The position numbers were made by a program, and so were the translations under genes. The notes below the pieces were generated by a model. The model saw only the letters and a program-made list of their open reading frames with translations. It searched no databases and had not been told where the DNA came from. A stretch of 37,574 bases of DNA. It comes from Bdellovibrionales bacterium (GTDB lineage: Bacteria > Bdellovibrionota > Bdellovibrionia > Bdellovibrionales > UBA840). Location: the NCBI GenBank assembly GCA_037969075.1, contig JBBKWS010000058.1, forward strand, positions 1-37,574, given 5' to 3'. Below, piece after piece: positions 9,675 through 18,361 of this stretch (position 1 is its first letter; the number at the start of each line of letters is the position of its first letter).

Positions 9675-9723
9675 CCTCTTATGTTTGCAAGTATAATTTT
9701 GCAACCATTAAAGGGGGTTATAA

Positions 9724-11736
9724 ATGAACCAATTATTCAGGCGATGTATGTTCGGCCTGTGCGTCCTGTGGACTGGTGCTGCCTTAGCACAAGTCCCGGT
9801 AGCCGGCGAGAAAACAGCATCACCCATTGTTGTCGATGAGACACAATTGTTAGTAAAGTATGGTGAGTACGACGAAGTCGAACTTAACCTAGATGCAAAC
9901 ACAAGTAATAAGCCAGTAAAATGGTCGATTACTGCTGGATCACTTCCAGAAGGTTTAACACTAGAAGACTCTAGTTCAAAAACAGCATACCTGTACGGTA
10001 CACCTATGTTTACCGATCAGTGGTGCTTTTTAGTTTCAGCACAAGTTGAAAATAATATTTATAATCGTGAGCTTTGCGTATCTAGCGAAGACAATGACGA
10101 AATGGACTACCCTCGTTTTAAAACGAAAAGTCTATTAAAATATGCGATCAAAAAACAACTATATGAAGCTAAAATTGAAACCGATTCAGTCGTGCCATTA
10201 GTATATACTGAATTGATTAGCTCAACCATCCCTAATACTGCGGATGTTAAAGTTGAAATCTCTAATGATTATGAAACTGTAAAGATCAGAGGTCGTTTTC
10301 AAACAGCAGGCCTGCATTTACTTGCACTTCGCTTAGTCGACAAAGATGGCTATGAGAACTTTCAACAATTTAGAGTAAATATATTTGACGAAGAACCTCA
10401 AAACCAATGTCCTCCAGGCTATTATTATGACGATATACTTGGATATTGTGTTCAAGATCAATTAGATAATTGCCCATCAGATACATATTATGATCCAGAA
10501 CGAAATGTATGTGTGCAGTACCCACAAGCACCTCCAACAGTTTATTGTGGAACAGATTCTTACTACGATCATTTTTTATCTCGTTGCGTTCGTGTCGGAT
10601 ACCCACGTTGTCCACTAAACTCTTACTTTGATAGCTACTACAATCAGTGCGTACGCTACTCGTATTCATGTCCTGCAGGATTCAATTACGACTGGTCATC
10701 ACGTCGTTGTGAATATGTATACAGAAGAACTTGTCCATCTGGTTATAACTACGATTATGCAAGAGATACTTGTGTTCGTGAGTACAGACATTGTTCATCT
10801 GGACAATCTTGGAATCCACGCACGAATCGTTGCGAATGGAACTCAAACTACAGAAGCTGTGGAAGAGATGAATACTACAGTCCACAAACCAGAAGATGTG
10901 AGCCAAGTCGTGTAAGATGCCGTCCACATGAGTATGACAATGGCAATAGATGTCTACCACGCCAAGACGATAGAATTAGACGCTGTGGTCATGGTGAAAC
11001 ACACTCTCCTTCTTTAGGAAGATGTATTCCACATAGACAACCGCCACGTGTTGATCCGCCTCGTAGACCTCTACCTCCTCGTGTTAACCCACCAGATCGT
11101 AGACCTCCACCGATTGGTAGACCCCCTCGTGCAGAACCTCCACGTCAAAGACCACCGAGAGTGAAACCGCCACGTCAGGAGCCACCTCCGACTCGTCCAC
11201 CGCGTGTTGATCCACCGCCACGTCAAGATCCGCCTACTCGTCCGCCACGTGTTGATCCACCTCCGCGTCAAGATCCACCAACTCGTCCGCCACGTGTTGA
11301 TCCACCTCCGCGTCAAGATCCACCAACTCGTCCGCCGAGAGTTGATCCACCACCACGTCAAGATCCGCCAACAAGACCGCCGCGTGTTGATCCTCCACCG
11401 CGTCAAGATCCGCCTACTCGACCGCCGCGTGTTGATCCTCCACCTCGTCAAGATCCGCCTACTCGACCGCCGCGTGTTGATCCACCGCCACGTCAAGATC
11501 CGCCGACTCGTCCGCCACGTGTTGATCCACCACCGCGTCAAGATCCGCCGAGCCGTCCACCAAGACCGACTCCACCTCCAAGAGCGGAAGAGCCGGTTAG
11601 AAACGATCCACCTCCTAGGTTTGATCCACCTAGCAGAAGTGAACCGCCTTCTAGATCTGAGCCGCCAAGCAGAAGTGAGCCAGACAATAATGCTCGCGAC
11701 AGAGCCGGAAGATGTGTAGATCGTCGCAACTGTTAA
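9724..11736 (+). CDS. Secreted protein with Ig-like domain(s), ten Cys-pair repeats and a Pro/Arg tandem-repeat tail
   Basis: Signal peptide ending ALA|Q; WSITAGSLPEGLTL...YGTP (He_PIG/putative Ig-like); C-P-x-G-x-x-Y-D-x5-C-like units; 15-aa repeats; SD AAGGGGG. Confidence 0.85.
   Translation: MNQLFRRCMFGLCVLWTGAALAQVPVAGEKTASPIVVDETQLLVKYGEYDEVELNLDANTSNKPVKWSITAGSLPEGLTLEDSSSKTAYLYGTPMFTDQWCFLVSAQVENNIYNRELCVSSEDNDEMDYPRFKTKSLLKYAIKKQLYEAKIETDSVVPLVYTELISSTIPNTADVKVEISNDYETVKIRGRFQTAGLHLLALRLVDKDGYENFQQFRVNIFDEEPQNQCPPGYYYDDILGYCVQDQLDNCPSDTYYDPERNVCVQYPQAPPTVYCGTDSYYDHFLSRCVRVGYPRCPLNSYFDSYYNQCVRYSYSCPAGFNYDWSSRRCEYVYRRTCPSGYNYDYARDTCVREYRHCSSGQSWNPRTNRCEWNSNYRSCGRDEYYSPQTRRCEPSRVRCRPHEYDNGNRCLPRQDDRIRRCGHGETHSPSLGRCIPHRQPPRVDPPRRPLPPRVNPPDRRPPPIGRPPRAEPPRQRPPRVKPPRQEPPPTRPPRVDPPPRQDPPTRPPRVDPPPRQDPPTRPPRVDPPPRQDPPTRPPRVDPPPRQDPPTRPPRVDPPPRQDPPTRPPRVDPPPRQDPPTRPPRVDPPPRQDPPTRPPRVDPPPRQDPPSRPPRPTPPPRAEEPVRNDPPPRFDPPSRSEPPSRSEPPSRSEPDNNARDRAGRCVDRRNC
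10408..11025 (+). repeat. About ten degenerate Cys-pair repeats (roughly 19-24 aa) in ORF 9724
   Basis: CPPGYYYDDILGYC, CPSDTYYDPERNVC, CGTDSYYDHFLSRC, CPLNSYFDSYYNQC, CPAGFNYDWSSRRC, CPSGYNYDYARDTC, CSSGQSWNPRTNRC, CGRDEYYSPQTRRC, CRPHEYDNGNRC, CGHGETHSPSLGRC. Confidence 0.9.
11197..11556 (+). repeat. 8 x 45-bp coding tandem repeat (PPRVDPPPRQDPP[T/S]R)
   Basis: GTTGATCC recurs at 11206, 11251, 11296, 11341, 11386, 11431, 11476 and 11521 (45-nt period); followed by 3x PPSRSE. Confidence 0.95.
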
Positions 11737-11748
11737 ATTAATTATTAC

Positions 11749-11785
11749 AAAAAAAAGAGGAACCCAAAAGGTTCCTCTTTTTTTT
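11749..11785. terminator. Bidirectional rho-independent terminator
   Basis: A8-GAGGAACC-caaaa-GGTTCCTC-T8 between convergent genes. Confidence 0.92.
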
Positions 11786-11805
11786 ACTGAATGTATTTTT
11801 TTGAA

Positions 11806-12522
11806 TTAATCTTTCTGTATTAAAGTATTTACAGATTTTCCATCCATTGTTCTTACATGCAACAATATTTTTGAAGCTGGCAATCCGCTTGTATCAATTT
11901 CAGTTTCATACACAACTGGAGTCATTTTCATTGGACAAAAATCAGAAACCTTTTTCATGATCGGAAGAACTGAAATGGTATCCTTATTGTTGCTAATAGC
12001 TTCAAATCTATCCAACTCAAGACATGGACTATAGCGCATTCCTTTTACTTTATATCTGTTAGCGACTTCTAACTGCTCAATATAAAGAACATCAAGATAC
12101 GTATAGTCGTCGGTTAATGAACTCTCTGTCTTTTCTACCATTAAAGTATTTACAACTTCATACTGAGTACCCTTATTTACGGTAATAGTATAAAGGCCGG
12201 CAGGTAATAAACCAATGCTAACTACATCTTTAAATGGAACTAACATCAAAGCACACAGACTCTCACTTCCTTCTTTATCTCTTTTCTCAATAGCATCAAC
12301 AGAAATATCAATCTGTGTGCCACTAACATTTACTTTTGTAATATTACGAGAGTAGCAGCTAGATGAAAAATTTCCTGTTACAACAACTTCCACCGAATCA
12401 TTATTATCAAAGCCTTTAGGAACAAAGACATGGTCCGTCGGAGCCACAACAACAGATGAATCTGCAAATGCAGTCATTTGAAAACAAAATATAAATGGAA
12501 TTACTAATAGAACACGTGACAT
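11806..12522 (-). CDS. Hypothetical secreted protein with two Cys-pair beta domains (start probably 12522)
   Basis: MSRVLLVIPFIFCFQMTAFA signal peptide after SD AAGGGGG; VPKGFDNND motif; Cys pairs SCY...LCALM and PCLE...FCPMK. Confidence 0.75.
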   Translation of the reverse strand: MSRVLLVIPFIFCFQMTAFADSSVVVAPTDHVFVPKGFDNNDSVEVVVTGNFSSSCYSRNITKVNVSGTQIDISVDAIEKRDKEGSESLCALMLVPFKDVVSIGLLPAGLYTITVNKGTQYEVVNTLMVEKTESSLTDDYTYLDVLYIEQLEVANRYKVKGMRYSPCLELDRFEAISNNKDTISVLPIMKKVSDFCPMKMTPVVYETEIDTSGLPASKILLHVRTMDGKSVNTLIQKD

Positions 12523-12663
12523 AAAACCCCCTTGGTTTGTTAAACTATGCTTTAAATAAAACAATAAAAGCATGAGCTAGATCATATTTTGTATAGTTAT
12601 CGAATTTTTAGGGTTTAGAAGTCAATGTAAGCAGACAGAACTTAGACAAGTCTGCACTAGATT

Positions 12664-13911
12664 TTACCAAGTAAAATCAGGATATTTGCTAAACATGTCA
12701 GATTCGCTGTCAGCGTCTCTAATCTTTTGAATTTCACCATTTTCTTTGAGCAAAAACTCGGCAGGACGTGGGCGATGATTATAATTTGAGCTCATCACAT
12801 GCCCATAAGCTCCGCAGTTTTCGATAGCGAGTATATCGCCAACTTGTGGGTCAATAAGCTTTCTTGCCTCTGGATACACATCTGTATTTTCACAGATTTG
12901 CCCGCAAATCCAAAAATCTTTTGCAGCACCTTCTCTTGAATTCAATTGTGTAACCGGGTGATAAGATTGATACATGGCAGGACGAACCATAGTCGTCATC
13001 CCGCCGTCGATGCCCACAAAAGTTTTGTAAGATGTTTTGATGTGATGAATTTTCGTTAACAATATTCCTGCGTCTGCAACTATGTACCTTCCTGGTTCCA
13101 TGGCTAATTGCGGTGTACCAATTTGTAAGGAGGAAAGTCTTTCTTTAAACACACTCGCAACAGTTGAAAATAAAGCATTTAGATCTAGAGGCTTTTCACC
13201 TTTACGGTAAGGCACACCCAATCCTCCCCCAATATTAATAAATTCTAGTGGGATTTTAAGTGGCGTGACTTGCTTTTCGATAATATCAAATAAAACTTTA
13301 GTGATGTCAGCAAAGTGGGAAGCATCCAAGTTGTTTGATCCGGTCATGATGTGAATGCCAAAGCGTTTTACCCCTGCTTTTAGACAGGCCTCATAAGCTT
13401 TCTTGGTCTCCTCATGTGGAATGCCAAACTTACCATCAACCCCACCTGTAACAACTCCTGCATGGGAACCGCGCCCGACTCCTGGGTTGATGCGGATCGA
13501 CACCACATCAGGTATTCCAAATTTTATAACATCATCGATTCGACTATAATCATCCAAATTTAAAACACTACCGCTATCAAGCGCTACCTTGAAGTCACTA
13601 GTGGTTTCAAAGTTACCGGTATAGATGGATTTTTTCATATCAAAGCCAACATGCTTTGCTAATTTTAATTCAACAGGAGACGAGCAATCTGCCCCTATCC
13701 CCTCTTCCACAGCAATTTTTAAAATATGAGGGTTAGAGTTTGCTTTGATCGCATACTGCAGACGAAAATCTGAAAAAAATGGATGGGCTGCAGTCTTTAG
13801 ATTTCGAATATTCTCACGGATTCTTTTTTCTGAATATAAATAACAAGGAGTCTCTACTTTTTTAGAAAACTCTAACAAATCAAAAGATGTAAAATGAGAA
13901 AGACTAGCCAT
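12664..13911 (-). CDS. lysA: Diaminopimelate decarboxylase
   Basis: PLP lysine motif YAIKANSN, SIRINPG, KFGI, INIGGGLG, EPGRYIV, CGQICENTD, GAYGHVMSSNYN. Confidence 0.9.
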   Translation of the reverse strand: MASLSHFTSFDLLEFSKKVETPCYLYSEKRIRENIRNLKTAAHPFFSDFRLQYAIKANSNPHILKIAVEEGIGADCSSPVELKLAKHVGFDMKKSIYTGNFETTSDFKVALDSGSVLNLDDYSRIDDVIKFGIPDVVSIRINPGVGRGSHAGVVTGGVDGKFGIPHEETKKAYEACLKAGVKRFGIHIMTGSNNLDASHFADITKVLFDIIEKQVTPLKIPLEFINIGGGLGVPYRKGEKPLDLNALFSTVASVFKERLSSLQIGTPQLAMEPGRYIVADAGILLTKIHHIKTSYKTFVGIDGGMTTMVRPAMYQSYHPVTQLNSREGAAKDFWICGQICENTDVYPEARKLIDPQVGDILAIENCGAYGHVMSSNYNHRPRPAEFLLKENGEIQKIRDADSESDMFSKYPDFTW

Positions 13912-13919
13912 AACAAATA

Positions 13920-13944
13920 GCTTAAACCGCAGACTGATTTAAGC
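13920..13944 (-). terminator. Hairpin after rpmG (possible terminator or 3' element)
   Basis: GCTTAAA-CCGCAGACTGA-TTTAAGC on the + strand; on the - strand followed by UAUUUGUU and then the lysA ATG. Confidence 0.5.
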
Positions 13945-13953
13945 AAGCAGGTT

Positions 13954-14133
13954 TTACTTAATTTCTTTATGAATAGTGTGACGATTTAAAGCAGAATTAT
14001 ACTTCTTCTTCTCTAAACGCTCAGGGTGAGTTTGTGTATTTTTCTTAGTAGTGTAACGTGAAGGAGACTTCCCTTCTTTACGAGCTTCTGTGCATTCTAA
14101 TGTAATTATACGTACTTTACCTTTTTTGGCCAT
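13954..14133 (-). CDS. rpmG: 50S ribosomal protein L33 (59 aa; not in ORF track)
   Basis: Manual translation [66 protein letters not shown] 7 nt upstream. Confidence 0.95.
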   Translation of the reverse strand: MAKKGKVRIITLECTEARKEGKSPSRYTTKKNTQTHPERLEKKKYNSALNRHTIHKEIK

Positions 14134-14273
14134 GTTGCCACTCCTACCTAAAACTCACTTTTTGACGAAGCAATGTTGTAAGATATTTTGGGGGTTTATG
14201 TCAATTATTAAAAAAACTTAGCCAATTAGCTCAAATATATGGCATCTGAGTGAATATGACATCACTTATACTA

Positions 14274-14750
14274 CTACTTATGCTTCTCCAAAAACTCCAT
14301 CACATCCTTAGCTTGTTCTGCCGTCGAGGCAGAGCGGTCTAACCAAACCAAGCTACCCTCTTTAAATAAAAATACCTGACGAGAAGTAAAGCCAAAGCGC
14401 ACTGGCACATCGAAAGCCTTGGCTACCTCTTCTTTGTGATCAGACAGTAACATGAACGGAAGCCTATGCTTTTTCTTAAACTTAGCCTGATCATCCACAC
14501 TGTCAGTACTCACCCCTAAGACAACCATCTTATTTTTTTGTAATTTATCATAAGCATCTCTTAAACTACAGGCCTGCGCCGTGCAGCCTGGGGTATCGGC
14601 CTTTGGGTAAAAGTAAACGAGCACATATTTTTCATTGGCAAAATCCGCAAGGCTAGTCATTTTACCAGATTCATTAAGAGCTGATACGCTTGGTAAAGCG
14701 TCACCTATTTGAATGGCAAAAGATAAACTTAAAAGTAATGATAACAACAT
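14274..14750 (-). CDS. bcp: Peroxiredoxin BCP/PrxQ with N-terminal hydrophobic leader
   Basis: YFYPKADTPGCTAQACSLRD (P-x-x-x-T-x-x-C, CxxxxC), GVSTD, LLSD. Confidence 0.9.
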   Translation of the reverse strand: MLLSLLLSLSFAIQIGDALPSVSALNESGKMTSLADFANEKYVLVYFYPKADTPGCTAQACSLRDAYDKLQKNKMVVLGVSTDSVDDQAKFKKKHRLPFMLLSDHKEEVAKAFDVPVRFGFTSRQVFLFKEGSLVWLDRSASTAEQAKDVMEFLEKHK

Positions 14751-14752
14751 GC

Positions 14753-15631
14753 TTACTCCTCAAAAAAATGTTTAATGGGTTTTTTATCCGTATATGAAAA
14801 GGCGATTCCTTTTTCGTAGTACGCTGCCTCGTTCACAAAGATTGGATAATATTTTTTTACGGCCTCACTGCTAATGCTCTTCCCCGCAAATGTTAAAAAT
14901 GCTGGTTTCTCTGCTAACTGCTGATAATCTTGCCCTTGTAAATCAGGGTGGATCATCGCTGTGATATTACCAACTTCATCTCTTGGGTAATCCACATTGC
15001 CCACTTCTTTATAAAAATAAGGTAATTTAAAACTATAATCTACTCGGCCTGACTTATTATAAATTTCAATGCCTTCTAACGCTTGTAAGAGAGCTAGCTT
15101 AGTATCATTATAAATTTTTGCCACAGCTAGGTTTTGCGCTATCGGTCCCACCTCTAACATCAATCCATGCTTTGCGATTTGATTTACGTAGTGCGTGTCT
15201 TGATCTAACTCAATGGTTTCTAAAATGTAGGATTGGTTTAGTGCCCCTGCAGCTCTGTAGCCAATTTGTCTAGACAGCAGATCTTTTTTTGAAAAAATCC
15301 AGGTAACCCCCATGTTGGCGGTAGTTGTATGCAGATCAATTACAAAAGTAGTTTCGGAATTCTTAATTTCGGCTTTTAGTTCTGTGATTCTCTGGCTTTC
15401 GTATATACTATCTTCTAAACCGGCATTGAAACTTCGGTTTAAGTCATGATCCACATAGCGAAGATTATTTTTAATAGCCCTAGGGTTTCCCTCAATGTAA
15501 GAAATCTCAAAACTATGAAAAGGGCACATCCACTCATTTTTTAAATGTCTAACTAAGTTAATTCCAGTTTTTTCATTTCCGTGCGTGCCACCCACTATAA
15601 CTACATTAGTGATTTTATTCATTGGTTCCAC
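14753..15631 (-). CDS. Aspartoacylase (AstE/AspA family Zn hydrolase)
   Basis: GGTHGNE, DLNR, DLHTT, EVGP, IHPDLQGQDY, YPIFVNEAAYYEK. Confidence 0.88.
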   Translation of the reverse strand: MEPMNKITNVVIVGGTHGNEKTGINLVRHLKNEWMCPFHSFEISYIEGNPRAIKNNLRYVDHDLNRSFNAGLEDSIYESQRITELKAEIKNSETTFVIDLHTTTANMGVTWIFSKKDLLSRQIGYRAAGALNQSYILETIELDQDTHYVNQIAKHGLMLEVGPIAQNLAVAKIYNDTKLALLQALEGIEIYNKSGRVDYSFKLPYFYKEVGNVDYPRDEVGNITAMIHPDLQGQDYQQLAEKPAFLTFAGKSISSEAVKKYYPIFVNEAAYYEKGIAFSYTDKKPIKHFFEE

Positions 15632-16523
15632 CTATAAATTTACGAACATCTTCTTTGATTTGTAACATGTTTTTTATTTGCATCCAATGAACAGAGGAAT
15701 CTTTTTTTAACCAAGTCATCTGCCTCTTCGCAAGCTGCATAGTTTTAGTGGTAATTAGTGATGGCAGCTCTTCTTCTTTAAGCTTTTCCTCTAAAAATTC
15801 ATTGATCTCTTTATAGCCTACACTTTGCATAGGGTCCCAGTTTTCTGAGTGAGATTTTCTTAACATCTCTACTTCGCTAATCCAACCGGCTGCCAACATT
15901 GATTGCACCCTAGTCTCTACTCGTTTTCGTAAGATTTCTTTTTCTACTTGAACTCCAATTTTAAGCAGCGGATATGGAAACGTTTCGGCTTTAAATTGTT
16001 TCTTTAATTCACTGGGAATATGTCCTAGGCGCAAAATCTCAATAGCTCTAAAAATTCTATAAGAATCATTTTTATCGATCTCTTTTGCTCTCACTGGGTC
16101 TTTATCTCTCAACTCTTTGTGAAACTCAGCACTTGGCTTTGATTGCCATTCACTCATCAGCTTTGCTCTGCCTTCATCATTCATCTTAGGGTTTTCACCC
16201 ATTCCAAACTCTAGGGCTTTAAAGTAAAATCCTGTACCACCGACAATCCACATAATTTTTTGTTTTGAATTTTGCAAAATTGAGAGCGCATCACGTCTAA
16301 AATCACCTGCAGTATACTTTTCACCTGTTTTGACCGTAGATAGCAGATGATGTTTTACGCCTTGCTGCTCTACCGCTGTTGGTTTTGAGCTGCCGATATT
16401 TAGGCCTTCATAAACTTGAATGCTATCGCAAGATATAATCTCCCCACCAAATTCTTTGGCTAGATCGATAGCTAACCTAGTTTTTCCACTTGCTGTAGGA
16501 CCTAAGATAAATACGACTTTCAT
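15615..16523 (-). CDS. miaA: tRNA dimethylallyltransferase
   Basis: GPTASGKT, DSIQVY, VGGTGFY, VGYKE, LAKRQMTW. Confidence 0.97.
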   Translation of the reverse strand: MKVVFILGPTASGKTRLAIDLAKEFGGEIISCDSIQVYEGLNIGSSKPTAVEQQGVKHHLLSTVKTGEKYTAGDFRRDALSILQNSKQKIMWIVGGTGFYFKALEFGMGENPKMNDEGRAKLMSEWQSKPSAEFHKELRDKDPVRAKEIDKNDSYRIFRAIEILRLGHIPSELKKQFKAETFPYPLLKIGVQVEKEILRKRVETRVQSMLAAGWISEVEMLRKSHSENWDPMQSVGYKEINEFLEEKLKEEELPSLITTKTMQLAKRQMTWLKKDSSVHWMQIKNMLQIKEDVRKFIGGTNE

Positions 16524-16526
16524 TGT

Positions 16527-18323
16527 CTAAAAAATTCTTCCAAAAGATTTATCTAGCTGGGTAAAACTAAACTCAACAAAAACGGGCCTTCCGTGCGGAC
16601 AAAAAGTCGACAGTGGGTATTCATCCATCTGCTTTAAAAGTGCTTGCATCTCTGGATGAGACAAGGCCTGTCCTGCCCGAATCACCGAGTGACAAGCAAT
16701 GGTAGCGCAAATATCGCCGATCTTTCTTTCGAATGCTGTTGAATCTTCAAGTTCTGTTATTTGGTGAGCAAGCTCAGTCATGGTGTTGCCAATCACATGA
16801 TCTTTTACTAAAACTGGAGCCGAGATAACAGCCAACCTTCCACTCTCAAGCATTTGTAATTCAAACCCTAACTTCTCTAAATCAGTTTTTGCTTTAAAAA
16901 TTTTATCTACCGCAATCTCATCGATATCTAATTCGTAAGGAAATAAAAAGTTTTGTGTTTCTATTTTTCCCTCACGCCAAGCTATCATTAATTTCTCATA
17001 AGCAATTCTCTCGTGTGCCGCATGTTGATCCACTAGAACAAGGGCCGAGGAAGACTGTGCAAGGATATAGGTTAAATTGCTTTGTCCCAAAACCTGCAAT
17101 TGGCTCCAGTAAGGTTTCACTTCGAATGTTTCACTAATAACAGTAGGTAGCACCTTCTCTTGCTTTTTATTTTGATAAGAATCTAAAATACTTCCTAGCG
17201 AGTCTTTTGGCTCATCCTCTTGCCAAGTTTTTTGAGCAAATTGAGTTGCCGCAAATTCAAAGTTAGTCTGAGGAAATGATTGCGGTTTCAATTCGTCATA
17301 TTGAGAGGTAGTAGCGGTAGCGCCTTCAGTTTGCACTAGTCCTTTGCGCCACGGAGCTTTTTCAAGCTCTTGCTTTAGAGCTTGCCTAACGACTCTAAAA
17401 ACTGCCGAAGGCTCCCGAAACTTCACCTGCGACTTAGTAGGATGCACATTCACATCTACATCTTGCGGGTCACAATCAATCCATAGACAAACTTGTGGAA
17501 ACTCTCCATGCATCAGCAGGCTATCATAAGCACTAAGTACAGCAGACTGAATACTACGGTCTACAACCCATCTGTTTTTTACAAACACCCAAATATTTTG
17601 CGATGTTCTTTGCACATCGTTTGGAGAAGTAAACACTGCATGCACACTGTACGTACCTGATTCAAACTTAGTCTCATACATCTCTTTGATTTCTAATAAA
17701 TTTTCTACTCTATGCTTTCTCTCGTTTTGAAGCGGTAAATCAAGCAGCATTCTATCCTCGTAAAACAACTGAAAATGAACCCCCGGATATGACAGCGCGA
17801 AGGCACGAAATACTTTTTTAATCTGTTGTAGCTCTCCAGCCTCAGTCTTTAAAAACTTTAATCTAGCTGGTACATTCTCGAATAAATCATTTATGTGAAT
17901 CGTTGTGCCTTCAACTCCCGTAGAAACACTTGGTTTTGAGATTTTTCCAAAGTGTGATGTGATCTCAAAGCTATCACGACCTTTTTGTTGAGAAATGATT
18001 TTTAAATCACTGACCGCTGCTACACAAGAAAGAGCTTCTCCACGAAACCCAAAAGTGGATAGCTCCCAAAGATCGGCTGTCGTTGATATTTTGCTGGTAG
18101 CATGACGCTCTAATGCAAGCGGCAGGTCAGTTTTTGCTATTCCTTTGCCATTGTCTTGAATGACAAAATTTCTTACATCTTTAGACACTTTTACTTTTAC
18201 GTATGTTGCATTTGCATCGATAGAGTTTTCAACCAACTCTTTTACTAGATTCGCAGGCCTTTCTAGTACTTCGCCAGCTGCAATTTGATGTACTACTTCT
18301 TCTGATAAACGATGAATTTCCAT
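16527..18323 (-). CDS. mutL: DNA mismatch repair endonuclease MutL
   Basis: IAAGEV, ELVENSIDA, GFRGEAL, DVNVHPTK; endonuclease motifs DQHAAHERIAYE, ACH and CPHGRP; clamp-like motif QNFLFP. Confidence 0.98.
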   Translation of the reverse strand: MEIHRLSEEVVHQIAAGEVLERPANLVKELVENSIDANATYVKVKVSKDVRNFVIQDNGKGIAKTDLPLALERHATSKISTTADLWELSTFGFRGEALSCVAAVSDLKIISQQKGRDSFEITSHFGKISKPSVSTGVEGTTIHINDLFENVPARLKFLKTEAGELQQIKKVFRAFALSYPGVHFQLFYEDRMLLDLPLQNERKHRVENLLEIKEMYETKFESGTYSVHAVFTSPNDVQRTSQNIWVFVKNRWVVDRSIQSAVLSAYDSLLMHGEFPQVCLWIDCDPQDVDVNVHPTKSQVKFREPSAVFRVVRQALKQELEKAPWRKGLVQTEGATATTSQYDELKPQSFPQTNFEFAATQFAQKTWQEDEPKDSLGSILDSYQNKKQEKVLPTVISETFEVKPYWSQLQVLGQSNLTYILAQSSSALVLVDQHAAHERIAYEKLMIAWREGKIETQNFLFPYELDIDEIAVDKIFKAKTDLEKLGFELQMLESGRLAVISAPVLVKDHVIGNTMTELAHQITELEDSTAFERKIGDICATIACHSVIRAGQALSHPEMQALLKQMDEYPLSTFCPHGRPVFVEFSFTQLDKSFGRIF

Positions 18324-18361
18324 GCTTGCAAATATGGCAATATTTTTTACTGAAGTCTATT

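Noticed and set aside
11197..11556. 45-bp periodic repeat as a CRISPR array
   Set aside because: No unique spacers, in-frame coding with variation at synonymous positions, and no cas genes.
11071..11729. Alternative-frame ORFs 11071-11541(-), 11204-11719(+) and 11538-11729(-)
   Set aside because: Stop-free by-products of the Pro-rich repeat; variation is synonymous in the 9724 frame.
12631..12655. GCAGAC/GTCTGC hairpin after lysA as terminator or third copy of the shared-loop element
   Set aside because: Only a 6-bp stem, a different 13-nt loop and no U-tract.
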